DNA from: a bacterium
Lineage (GTDB): Bacteria; Patescibacteriota; Minisyncoccia; UBA6257; MFKM01
Direction: 5' to 3'
NCBI GenBank assembly: GCA_030693325.1
Contig: JAUYAV010000019.1
Span: 65,324-129,323, forward strand
Length of the DNA stretch: 64,000 nt
The notes beneath the pieces are model-generated. The model had not been told where the DNA came from and did not search any database. It worked only from the letters and a program-made list of their open reading frames with translations. The translations under genes were made by a program, and so were the position numbers. Shown here piece by piece: positions 28,382 to 37,762 of the stretch; position 1 is the stretch's first letter; the number at the start of each line of letters is the position of its first letter.

Positions 28382-29644
28382 ATGGAACACTTCATTATTA
28401 AAGGCGGCCGCTCTTTGGCCGGAGAAATAGAAGTCAGCGGTTCTAAAAACGCTTTTTTGCCGATTTTAGCCGCCACTCTTTTAACAACCGAACCCTGCCG
28501 GATAGAAAATATCCCTTTAATCCAAGACGGGGAAAACGCTTTGATTATTCTTCAGGGCTTGGGAGTAAAAATAAATCGCCAGGGCAAAAAAGTTTTGATT
28601 GATTCCTCGGGCTTAAATTCTTTTATGCCGTCCGCGGAAATTGTCAGAAAATTCCGCGGTTCAATTTTACTGGCCGGCGCTTTATTGGGCCGCTTTGGAA
28701 AAGTGGTAATGCCTTATCCCGGCGGCGATATCATCGGTAGCCGGCCGCTTGATGTTCATTTGGAAGCCTTCAGGGCTTTGGGGGCTGAGATTAGCGAGAC
28801 CCAGGAGCATTTTTTGAAAATTGAAGTGCCTAAATTAATCGGGGCAAAAATTACGCTTTCCGAAATCAGCGTCACTGCTACCGAAAACGCCCTTTTAGCC
28901 GGCGTTTTGGCCGAGGGAGAAACCATTATCAAATTAGCCGCCACCGAGCCTCACGTTCAGGATTTGGCGAATTTTTTGAATAAAATGGGCGCTAAAATTG
29001 AAGGCGCGGGCACTAATACGATTCGCATCCGGGGCGTAAAAAAACTTCACGGTGCCGAGCACGCCATTATTCCGGATTCAGACGAAGCGATGGGGTTGGC
29101 GGTTTTAGCCGCCGCCACCCGCAGTGATGTTTTGATAAAAAAAATAGAACCGGAATTTTTAGATTCCGGTTTGCAGAAACTGAAAGCGATGGCGGTCAAT
29201 TTTGAATTGGGCCAAGATTGGCTTCATATAAAAAAACCAATCGGGCTTTATCAATCTTCAAAAATTCAATCCGGTCTTTATCCGAAATTAATGACCGACC
29301 AGATTCCGCCATTGGCGGTTTTAGCCACCCAGGCCTCGGGTGTCAGTTTGATTCACGAATGGATGTATGAAAGCCGTTTGGGTTATGTTAATGAATTGAT
29401 AAAAATGGGGGCGAACGCGGTTCTTTTAGATCCGCATCGGGCTCTGATAATCGGGCCGACTCCTTTGCGCGGTAACGAAATAAAAGCCCTGGATGTGCGC
29501 TCTGGAATGACTATGATTATCGCCGCTTTGGTGGCGGAAGGGGAATCAGTTTTAAACGAGGCGTTCCACATTGATAGGGGTTATGAAAAAATTGAAGAGC
29601 GGCTCCAAAAACTGGGAGCGGATATCGTGAGAAAAACTGCTTAA
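28382..29644 (+). CDS. murA: UDP-N-acetylglucosamine 1-carboxyvinyltransferase
   Basis: SGSKNA, PGGDIIGSRP, SVTATEN, EPHV, HIDRGYE. Confidence 0.95.
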   Translation: MEHFIIKGGRSLAGEIEVSGSKNAFLPILAATLLTTEPCRIENIPLIQDGENALIILQGLGVKINRQGKKVLIDSSGLNSFMPSAEIVRKFRGSILLAGALLGRFGKVVMPYPGGDIIGSRPLDVHLEAFRALGAEISETQEHFLKIEVPKLIGAKITLSEISVTATENALLAGVLAEGETIIKLAATEPHVQDLANFLNKMGAKIEGAGTNTIRIRGVKKLHGAEHAIIPDSDEAMGLAVLAAATRSDVLIKKIEPEFLDSGLQKLKAMAVNFELGQDWLHIKKPIGLYQSSKIQSGLYPKLMTDQIPPLAVLATQASGVSLIHEWMYESRLGYVNELIKMGANAVLLDPHRALIIGPTPLRGNEIKALDVRSGMTMIIAALVAEGESVLNEAFHIDRGYEKIEERLQKLGADIVRKTA

Positions 29645-29698
29645 TTTTTTTCCAGCCAAATCTTTCCCTCATTCATGCGCCCCTCAGAGAATAAGAAG

Positions 29699-29840
29699 GA
29701 TTTTCGCAATTGCCTTTCAGAACCAGAATAATTTTGCTCCAGCGGCAAAATTTTCTTTGCCCTCGGCGTCCAAACTCCGCTTTGGCGGAGACCAATCTTT
29801 GGACGCCTGCGGGATATTCTTCAAGGCAATTGCGAAAGTC
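29699..29840. other. Highly structured 142-bp intergenic element (MITE-like or ncRNA)
   Basis: 18-bp terminal inverted repeat plus nested stems. Confidence 0.6.
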
Positions 29841-29892
29841 TTAGCCTCTCACTATTTGACCTCTTGGTTTATTTATTTTATGCTGACTTTAA

Positions 29893-30900
29893 ATGATTAC
29901 TCGCAAACTCGGCATTGATTTAGGAACAACCAATACTTTGGTTTTTGTTCCGGGCAAGGGATTGGTGATTAACGAGCCCACGGTGGTGGCTTTAAGTAAG
30001 CCGTCCAACGCCGTGCTGGCGGTCGGCTTGGAAGCGAAAGAAATGGTAGGCCGGACGCCTGGCGATATCGTCACTTATCGGCCGTTGAAAGACGGCGTGA
30101 TTGCCGAATATTACATCACCAAAACGATGCTGGAATATTTTATTTCCAAAGCCATCGGCCGTTTTAATATTTTCAAACCTGAAGTGGTCATCTCGGTTGC
30201 CGCCGGCATTACTTCAACCGAAAAACGGGCGGTGATGAACGCCGCGCGCGAAGCCGGCGCCAAGGAAGTTTATTTGGTTAAAGAACCTCTTTTAGCCGCG
30301 TTAGGGGCCAATATTCCGATAAATTCTTCTTCAGGAAATATGATTATCAATCTGGGCGGCGGCACAACCGAAACGGCGGTTATCTCTTTGGGCGGCATCG
30401 TGACTTGGGCCAGCCGCCGGGTGGCGGGCAATCATTTTGACCAGGCCATTATGGATTACATTAAAAAGAAATATGCTTTAGCCATCGGAGAATCCACCGC
30501 GGAAACCATTAAAATTGAAATCGGATCCGCCCTGACCAACCCCGTTAAATTGACTATGCAAATCCGGGGCCGCGATCTGATTACCGGTTTGCCCAAAGAT
30601 TTAACTATTAATTCCAACGAAATCGTTGAAGCTATCAACCCCCATCTTGATGATATTGTTGATTCAGTGCAGGCAGTTTTCAATGAGACACCCCCGGAAT
30701 TGGTGGCTGATATTATGGAAAAAGGGATTATTGTTTCCGGCGGAACGGCTCAGCTCCGGAATATTGATGAATTTTTCCGAAGAAACCTGGGAGTAGCCAC
30801 GTATATTGCCGAAGATCCTTTTTATTGCGTGGCTAAGGGAACGTCAGTAATTTTAGAGCATCTGGATATTTATAAAAGAACACTGCTTTCTAAACTTTAA
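29893..30900 (+). CDS. mreB: Rod shape-determining protein MreB (paralog 1)
   Basis: GIDLGTTNT, RPLKDGVIA, TPPELVADI. Confidence 0.93.
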   Translation: MITRKLGIDLGTTNTLVFVPGKGLVINEPTVVALSKPSNAVLAVGLEAKEMVGRTPGDIVTYRPLKDGVIAEYYITKTMLEYFISKAIGRFNIFKPEVVISVAAGITSTEKRAVMNAAREAGAKEVYLVKEPLLAALGANIPINSSSGNMIINLGGGTTETAVISLGGIVTWASRRVAGNHFDQAIMDYIKKKYALAIGESTAETIKIEIGSALTNPVKLTMQIRGRDLITGLPKDLTINSNEIVEAINPHLDDIVDSVQAVFNETPPELVADIMEKGIIVSGGTAQLRNIDEFFRRNLGVATYIAEDPFYCVAKGTSVILEHLDIYKRTLLSKL

Positions 30901-31676
30901 TGCTGTACGGCCTGGAAGACAAAATTGAATTATTTAAAAGATTAATCAAAGAGAATAATTTACGGCAGTCCTATTTATTTTTTGGCGAACCGCAAATCGG
31001 CAAGTTCACTTTCGCCGGCGCTTTGGTAAATTTTTTGGAAAATGGCGAATTTGTTTCGCCGACTGGCGCCCGCCCGCTGATTGACGCTAAATTTTTTACG
31101 CCTGACGAATCCGGTTCCATCGGCATTGACGCTGTCCGGGAATTAAAAAAATTTCTTTATCAGCGGCCGGTTGTTTCTGCCTACCGGAGCGCGGTTTTTG
31201 ATTCGGCTGAATCTTTAACTCCCGAAGCCCAGAACGCTTTATTGAAAATTATTGAAGAGCCGCCTCAATCTTCTTTGATTATTTTTATCGCCGCCGAGAC
31301 CTCGGCTTTTCCTCCGACCCTGGCCTCAAGGTTCGTCAAAGTTTATTTTCCGCGGCTTAAACAAAAATCAATTGAAAAATATTTGAAAGAAAAATTAAAG
31401 ATTGATGCAAGCCGGGCGGCTTTGACAGCCGGGCAATCTTTCGGCAGAATTGGGAGAGCAATTCAATCGCTTCAAACACCATCTTCAAAAACTGATTCCG
31501 AACCGGAATCCCTTTCAAAATATCTTGAAAAATTAATTTTGTCCTTGCGCAAAAATATTTTGAAAAATTCATCAAAATTAAACTGGCTTTTAGAAAGAGA
31601 AGAATTGGTGAAGAGATATAATTTGAATCCAAAATTGCAATATAAAGCTATTCAACAGATAATAAATCATGAATAA
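30900..31676 (+). CDS. holB: DNA polymerase III delta' subunit
   Basis: SYLFFG, IGIDAVREL, AQNALLKIIEEPP, TLASR. Confidence 0.85.
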   Translation: MLYGLEDKIELFKRLIKENNLRQSYLFFGEPQIGKFTFAGALVNFLENGEFVSPTGARPLIDAKFFTPDESGSIGIDAVRELKKFLYQRPVVSAYRSAVFDSAESLTPEAQNALLKIIEEPPQSSLIIFIAAETSAFPPTLASRFVKVYFPRLKQKSIEKYLKEKLKIDASRAALTAGQSFGRIGRAIQSLQTPSSKTDSEPESLSKYLEKLILSLRKNILKNSSKLNWLLEREELVKRYNLNPKLQYKAIQQIINHE

Positions 31677-32625
31677 AGCATTCCCTGTAATAATTTGCGT
31701 AGCGACTCTTGGAATTGTCTTATACACATTGCCACAATTCACGGCTTTTTTCGGTTTTGATTCTCTTATTCAAACCAAGCTTTCGCCGATAGTTTTTGTT
31801 TCCAATGATAACGGGAAAAATTTTAATCAAACTTATTGGGCTGGAAATTTTACTCCGACGGTTTATGATTTTGAAACCGACGGGCAAAATTTTTCTTTCG
31901 CTTATGCCGCCACCGACCAGGGGCTTTTTATGAGTCGCGACGAGGGCAATCATTGGTATTCCTATTCTGATTTGGAGGGTCAATTAACCAAAGCCGCGGT
32001 CTATCAGATACAGCAAGCCGTTGCCAAACCAGACCGGTTTTTTATTTCTCTTTTCAAAAACGGCCAAGGGGGAATTTATCAAACCGACGACCGTTTCTTC
32101 ACTCTGAAAAAAATTTTTGACACCAAAGAAGCGGTGGCTTATAAATTAACTTCTTCCGGCGACAATCTTTATTTCGGGCTTTCCGATGGCAGAGTAATCA
32201 GCTATTCCTTAAATGATTCAGGATTCAGATTATTGGCCGCTTTAGGGTCGCCGATTACCGATGTGGTTGTAAATGGCTCCACTACAATTTATGCGGCCAC
32301 CAGAGCTAAAGAAATTTGGAAAGGCAGTGTTTCGGGAAACGATTTCGCCCTTTTGCGCGAACAACAACCAAGCCAGTCGGCTTATACCGCTTCTTTGCTT
32401 GGAGCTAATTTAACGACCGTTGTCGCCAAAAATCCCATCAAAACCATTTTGCCGGACAGTCAAGGTAATATTTATTTAGCCGCGGCTGACAAGCTTTATA
32501 AGAGCGTCAATTCCGGCAAGAACTGGCAGCTGATTTTAGACGTGCCCAACCGTCAGATTTCTTCTCTTAACCTGGGAAGTAATGGCCGGATTATAGTAGG
32601 CACCGGAGACGGAAATAGTTTATAA
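31669..32625 (+). CDS. Exported beta-propeller (BNR/Asp-box) protein
   Basis: SNDNGKNF, SRDEGNHW, SVNSGKNW Asp-box repeats. Confidence 0.75.
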   Translation: MNKAFPVIICVATLGIVLYTLPQFTAFFGFDSLIQTKLSPIVFVSNDNGKNFNQTYWAGNFTPTVYDFETDGQNFSFAYAATDQGLFMSRDEGNHWYSYSDLEGQLTKAAVYQIQQAVAKPDRFFISLFKNGQGGIYQTDDRFFTLKKIFDTKEAVAYKLTSSGDNLYFGLSDGRVISYSLNDSGFRLLAALGSPITDVVVNGSTTIYAATRAKEIWKGSVSGNDFALLREQQPSQSAYTASLLGANLTTVVAKNPIKTILPDSQGNIYLAAADKLYKSVNSGKNWQLILDVPNRQISSLNLGSNGRIIVGTGDGNSL

Positions 32626-32633
32626 TAAATGTA

Positions 32634-33182
32634 ATGATAGGAATTCTGGAAAAATTTAAAAAAGGAACAGTTTTATTAATTGAAAATTTCAAAAAAGAAA
32701 TAATCGTTGTCCGGGGCAACCGGCCCAGCCCGGCCTTGGTGGAAAATTTGAAAGTTGATTATTTCGGCCAATCTCTTTTAATTAAGCAATTGGGCTCTAT
32801 CAGTATCATTCCGCCGCGGGAAATTGACATTAATGTCTGGGATAAAAACGCCATTCCCGGCGTTGTTAAGGCCGTTGAAAATTCGGGTTTATCGGCTAAT
32901 TACACAGACAAGCTCATCAGAATCAATTTGCCGCCTTTGAATGAAGAACGGCGCCAGGAATTGGTAAAAGCCGTTAAAAAAATCGGAGAAACTTTCAAAA
33001 TTCAGTTGAGAAATAATCGCGATGAAGTCAATAAAGAAATTGGGCGTTCATTTGACGCTAAAGAATTAAATGAAGACCAGAAATTCAAACTCAAAGAAGA
33101 AATTCAGAAAAACGTTGACTCGGTCAATCAGGAAATAGAAAATATTTTGGATAAAAAAATTAAAGAACTGGAGGAGGTTTAA
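32634..33182 (+). CDS. frr: Ribosome recycling factor
   Basis: RGNRPSP, LPPLNEERRQELVK. Confidence 0.93.
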   Translation: MIGILEKFKKGTVLLIENFKKEIIVVRGNRPSPALVENLKVDYFGQSLLIKQLGSISIIPPREIDINVWDKNAIPGVVKAVENSGLSANYTDKLIRINLPPLNEERRQELVKAVKKIGETFKIQLRNNRDEVNKEIGRSFDAKELNEDQKFKLKEEIQKNVDSVNQEIENILDKKIKELEEV

Positions 33183-33220
33183 TTACGGTAATTACAGTAA
33201 TTGCTGTAATTGAGTAATTA
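33180..33220. repeat. 9-bp-period tandem array (TAATTACNG)
   Basis: TAATTACGG TAATTACAG TAATTGCTG TAATTGAG TAATTA. Confidence 0.8.
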
Positions 33221-33257
33221 GCCAATTGAAATTTAGGCAATAAATTAATAAATAACC

Positions 33258-34271
33258 ATGACTATCATCTTATCTATATTTTTTCTTTCAATAATTTTAT
33301 TTTCCCACGAGCTGGGGCATTTTTTACTGGCTAAAATCTGTAAAGTGCCGGTGGAGGAATTCGGGTTTGGTTTTCCGCCGAGAATTTTTGCTAAAAAAAT
33401 CGGCGAAACCGAATATAGTTTAAATTGGCTGCCCTTTGGCGGTTTTAATAAAATTAATGGAGAAAGTTTTGAGAGCCAGCCCGCCGGTCGCCGCGTGCTG
33501 ATTTTAATCGGTGGTATCTTGGTCAATATTATTTTGGGCTGGGTGTTTTTTGTTTTTGTTTTCATGATTGGCAGTAAACCCTTAGTGTTGATTGCTGACA
33601 TCGCTTCCGATTCGCCAGCGGCTTCAGCCGGGATTCAACAAAACGATGAAGTTCTCTCTATAATTTATCAAAATGAAACCTTAAACGCTCCTTTTTCCAG
33701 CCAGCAGTTTATTGATTTTGTCAGTCCCTATAAGGGAGAAATTTTTACCTTAAAAATAAATCGCGAAGGAAAAAATATGGATATTTTAGTGGGTAGCCGT
33801 AAAAATCCGCCGGCCGGCGAAGGGTCAATAGGCGTGACTCTTGTTGACGCCGGTACGCCGGCGCTGCCTTTTGTTAAAAGTTTATGGGAAGCGGCCAAAT
33901 ACACCGGCCAGGTCATCGGGTTGAGTTTCTATAGTTTATATTGGCTAGTTAGCAAGATTTTCACAAAACCGGAACTTCTTGACGCTTTAATTGGTCCGGT
34001 GGGTGCCGTGGCTTTGGCGGCCCAAATGGGCAAAATCGGGTTTGGTTATCTTTTGCAGATTATGGCTTTTCTGTCTTTGGGCTTTGCAGTATTCAATATT
34101 CTTCCTTTTCCGGGCTTGGACGGCGGCCATTTGCTTTTTGTCTTGATTGAAAAATTCAAAGGTTCGCCGATTCCGGCTCGGATAAGAAATTCAATTAATA
34201 CTTTTGGTTTTGGCTTTCTTTTGCTTTTGATGGTTTTTATAATGTTCAAGGATATAAAGGGGTTGTTCTAA
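33258..34271 (+). CDS. rseP: M50 intramembrane metalloprotease RseP
   Basis: HELGH, PDZ domain, NILPFPGLDGG. Confidence 0.92.
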   Translation: MTIILSIFFLSIILFSHELGHFLLAKICKVPVEEFGFGFPPRIFAKKIGETEYSLNWLPFGGFNKINGESFESQPAGRRVLILIGGILVNIILGWVFFVFVFMIGSKPLVLIADIASDSPAASAGIQQNDEVLSIIYQNETLNAPFSSQQFIDFVSPYKGEIFTLKINREGKNMDILVGSRKNPPAGEGSIGVTLVDAGTPALPFVKSLWEAAKYTGQVIGLSFYSLYWLVSKIFTKPELLDALIGPVGAVALAAQMGKIGFGYLLQIMAFLSLGFAVFNILPFPGLDGGHLLFVLIEKFKGSPIPARIRNSINTFGFGFLLLLMVFIMFKDIKGLF

Positions 34272-34364
34272 TTTTTTTGTCATTCTAAGGTATTCTAAAA
34301 TCGCCAAGCAGGCGATTTTTTGGTAGAATACAAAAAGTAGGAAATCTTATATAATAAAATTTAT

Positions 34365-35618
34365 ATGTATCAATCAAAATTATTTTTTAAAACCCAAAAA
34401 GAATATCCCAAAGATGAAACTAGCTTGAACGCTCGGCTTTTAATCCGGGCGAATTTTGTTGATAAATTAATGGCCGGTGTTTACACTTTTTTGCCTTTGG
34501 GCTGGCGGGTAATGAAAAAAATTGAAAACATCATTCGCGAGGAAATAAACGCCATCGGCGGCCAGGAACTTTTTATGCCGTCTTTGCAACCCAAAGAAAA
34601 CTGGATGACGACCGGACGCTGGGAAACAATGGATGATTTGTACAAGGTTAAAGATAAAAGCGAACGGGAATTCGCGCTGGGGCCCACTCATGAAGAAATA
34701 ATTTCGCCGCTCGTTAAAAAATTCATTAATTCCTATAAAGACCTGCCGATTTATCTTTATCAGTTTCAAAATAAATTTAGAATGGAATTGCGCGCTAAAT
34801 CCGGCTTGATTCGCGGCCGGGAATTTCTTATGAAAGACCTTTATTCTTTTCATTTATCCCAGGAAGATCTTGACGATTATTATCAAAAGGCGGCCGAGGC
34901 CTATAAAAAAATTTTTAAACGGGTTGGAATCGGCGACAAAACTTTTATAACCGTTGCTTCCGGCGGCAGTTTTTCCAAATATTCCCACGAATTTCAGACA
35001 ATCAGCCCGGCCGGCGAAGACGAAATTTATATTTGCGATAAATGCGATTTAGCCGTAAATAAAGAAATAAAAACCGAAAATGAAAAATGCCAGGGTTGCG
35101 GAGGAAAAGATTTTCGCCAGGAAAAAGCGATAGAAGTCGGCAATATATTTAAACTGGGAACAAAATACAGCGCTCCGTTTATTTTGTCCGTTAAAGACGA
35201 AAAAGGGGAGAATAAAACAGTAATTATGGGCTGTTATGGTATTGGTTTGTCGCGCTTGATGGGAACTATTGTTGAAGCCCATAATGACGAGAAAGGCATT
35301 ATCTGGCCCGAAGAAATCGCTCCGTTTGACGTTCATCTTTTGGAAATCGGCGAGGCCAAAAAACCTCTCCGGGCGTTCGCGGAAAAAATTTATCAGGGTT
35401 TGGAAAAAGCCGGGTTTGAAGTATTATATGATGACCGCGAGGGAGTTTCGGCCGGCGAAAAATTCACCGATGCCGACCTTATCGGCATTCCATGGCGTTT
35501 GGTAGTCAGCGAAAAAACTTTGGCCAATGACAAAGTGGAAATTAAAATGAGAGATAAAAAGGAAGTTGAAATTTTGACTTTAGAGCAAATTATTAAGAAA
35601 ATAAATAAAGATAAATAA
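34365..35618 (+). CDS. proS: Proline--tRNA ligase (no INS editing domain)
   Basis: LGPTHEE, GREFLMKD, EVGNIF, GCYGIG. Confidence 0.96.
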   Translation: MYQSKLFFKTQKEYPKDETSLNARLLIRANFVDKLMAGVYTFLPLGWRVMKKIENIIREEINAIGGQELFMPSLQPKENWMTTGRWETMDDLYKVKDKSEREFALGPTHEEIISPLVKKFINSYKDLPIYLYQFQNKFRMELRAKSGLIRGREFLMKDLYSFHLSQEDLDDYYQKAAEAYKKIFKRVGIGDKTFITVASGGSFSKYSHEFQTISPAGEDEIYICDKCDLAVNKEIKTENEKCQGCGGKDFRQEKAIEVGNIFKLGTKYSAPFILSVKDEKGENKTVIMGCYGIGLSRLMGTIVEAHNDEKGIIWPEEIAPFDVHLLEIGEAKKPLRAFAEKIYQGLEKAGFEVLYDDREGVSAGEKFTDADLIGIPWRLVVSEKTLANDKVEIKMRDKKEVEILTLEQIIKKINKDK

Positions 35619-36619
35619 TGTTAAGAATTTTTCAAAAAAATATTGGCATTGATTTGGGCACGGCAAACACCAGAGTTTACCTGGCCAATAAAGGTATCGT
35701 TTTAAACGAGCCGTCAATTGTCGCTTTCAATAATCGGACCAATCGGGTGATTGCCGTCGGCGAGTCGGCTCGGAAAATGTTCAGCCGGACGCCCGTCCAT
35801 ATCAGCGCCGTCAAACCGTTGGTTAACAGCGTCATTTCCGATTTTGACATTACCCAGGAAATGATCCGCCAGTTTTTGAAAAACATGCCTTGGTCTTTAG
35901 CCACCCGGATTATCGCCAGTATCCCCACTAATTTGACGGAAGTGGAGCAAAAATCCGTGGAGGATATTTTCAAAAATGCCGGAGCCAGCAGCGTCTTTTT
36001 AGTGCCCCAGCCGGTGGCGGCGGCGTTGGGTTCCCGTTTGGAAATCAACGAACCCACCGCCCGTTTGATAGTGGATATCGGCGCGGGCGTGACCGGCGTG
36101 GCTATTCTTTCAATGAATGGCTTGGTGGTTTCCGAGCGTCTGAAAGTGGCCGGCGATCAGTTTAACGAGGAAATCATAAAATTCGTTCGTGATGAATTTA
36201 AGTTGATTATCGGAGAACCCACCGCCGAAGAAATAAAACTTGGCGTAGGTTCGGCTATGCCCCAGTCGGAAAAACTGGAAGTGGTGGCGCGAGGTCGGGA
36301 TATTTCAAGCGGCTTGCCTAAAGAAATCGTGGTGAAGGACACCCAGATCAGAGCCGCCCTTAATCGTTCTTTGCGGACAATAGCGGAAACAGTCAAAAAA
36401 GTGATCGAATCGGCGCCGGCGGAATTGGTGGGGGATATTTATAAAAACGGCATTTATCTTTGCGGCGGCGGCAGTCTATTAAGAGGAATTGATGAATTTT
36501 TCCGGAAGGAAATCGCGGTTAATGTCCAAATAGTGGACGATCCTCTGAATTGTTTGGTTCGTGGCACTGGCTTGATCGCGGAAAATTTTGAAAAGTATCA
36601 GGACTTGTTGCTCTCATAA
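35618..36619 (+). CDS. mreB: Rod shape-determining protein MreB (paralog 2)
   Basis: GIDLGTANT; first gene of the mreBCD-mrdA cluster. Confidence 0.92.
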   Translation: MLRIFQKNIGIDLGTANTRVYLANKGIVLNEPSIVAFNNRTNRVIAVGESARKMFSRTPVHISAVKPLVNSVISDFDITQEMIRQFLKNMPWSLATRIIASIPTNLTEVEQKSVEDIFKNAGASSVFLVPQPVAAALGSRLEINEPTARLIVDIGAGVTGVAILSMNGLVVSERLKVAGDQFNEEIIKFVRDEFKLIIGEPTAEEIKLGVGSAMPQSEKLEVVARGRDISSGLPKEIVVKDTQIRAALNRSLRTIAETVKKVIESAPAELVGDIYKNGIYLCGGGSLLRGIDEFFRKEIAVNVQIVDDPLNCLVRGTGLIAENFEKYQDLLLS

Positions 36620-37284
36620 TGACCAAAAAATATATTATATTTTTTTTGCTTTTAGCAGTTTTATTTTTGTTTTTTTTCTATCAAAAAAACATTTTTTTCG
36701 GCTTGGATAAAATAAATCTTTCAAGTCAGATTTTGACCGATTTGCGGTTGGAAAATCAGGGCTTGCGGCAGGAAGTTAATGATTTAAAAAATAAATTAAA
36801 TCTAAAATCCCAGCCGTATCTTACGGCCCAGGTTTATTTGCGCTACCCTTTTGACGACAATCAGACGTTGATTGTTGATGTTGGCTCTAAAGATGGAGTC
36901 AAGGTCGGTTGGCCGGTTTTAACGGTGGAAAATTATTTTTTGGGGAAAATTATAAATGTGAAAGCTGATGTCAGTGAGGTTCGGACAATTTTTTCGCCCG
37001 ATTGGAAAAGCGAGGTTAAGATTGGAGAGATGAGAGTTGAAGCGGTTTTAGTCGGCGGCCGCCAGCCGATTCTGCAGCTCATTCCGGCCGATTCCAAAAT
37101 AAATCTCGGCGATGCAGTCACCAGCGCTTCTCCTGATTTGCCTTTGGGTCTTTTCGTGGGCAAGGTATCGGAAATAACCCCTCGACCCGCCGCTTCTTTA
37201 CAACAGGCGAAATTAATAACCGATTACGACCCGAATAAACTGGGAAAGGTTTTAATCATATCCGGTTATGAAGGAATCAACTAA
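36619..37284 (+). CDS. mreC: Rod shape-determining protein MreC
   Basis: TM plus coiled coil (LRLENQGLR), VGSKDGVKVG, PLGLFVGKV. Confidence 0.88.
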   Translation: MTKKYIIFFLLLAVLFLFFFYQKNIFFGLDKINLSSQILTDLRLENQGLRQEVNDLKNKLNLKSQPYLTAQVYLRYPFDDNQTLIVDVGSKDGVKVGWPVLTVENYFLGKIINVKADVSEVRTIFSPDWKSEVKIGEMRVEAVLVGGRQPILQLIPADSKINLGDAVTSASPDLPLGLFVGKVSEITPRPAASLQQAKLITDYDPNKLGKVLIISGYEGIN

Positions 37285-37762
37285 CACGCTTAGCGTCCTT
37301 AAAATATTATCTTGGGCTTTTTTTATTATCTTGGCTTTCGTCTTCCAAGCCAGTCATTTTCTCGCCGTCAGAGGGATTAATCCCAATTTGATTCTTCTGA
37401 TTATTATCTTGGGCGTAATTTTGGAAAGGAAATTTTTAGGATTTTTATTTTTTATTTTTACAGTTATTTTACTGTCGTTTGTTTTTTTGCCTTTCTGGCC
37501 GAAAGGAATTTTTATTGCGGCGGGTTTGGGCTTAGCGGCTTTTCTGCTCAAAAAATTCCTGACCGGAAATGTGTTTTTTGATTCCTTGATTCTGATTTTT
37601 TCGGGAACTTTAGGATTTTATTTGATAATAAATTTCCATTATCTGATTTCTAATCCGATAGCCATTATCGCGGAGCTGTTTTATAATATGACCCTGGGAA
37701 TTTCAGCGATTTTTTTAATTACAAACTTTTTTTATGAAAAAGAAAACCGAATTAAATCTTGA
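37268..37762 (+). CDS. mreD: MreD-like membrane protein
   Basis: GINPNLILL motif, multiple TM helices, position between mreC and mrdA. Confidence 0.7.
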   Translation: MKESTNTLSVLKILSWAFFIILAFVFQASHFLAVRGINPNLILLIIILGVILERKFLGFLFFIFTVILLSFVFLPFWPKGIFIAAGLGLAAFLLKKFLTGNVFFDSLILIFSGTLGFYLIINFHYLISNPIAIIAELFYNMTLGISAIFLITNFFYEKENRIKS

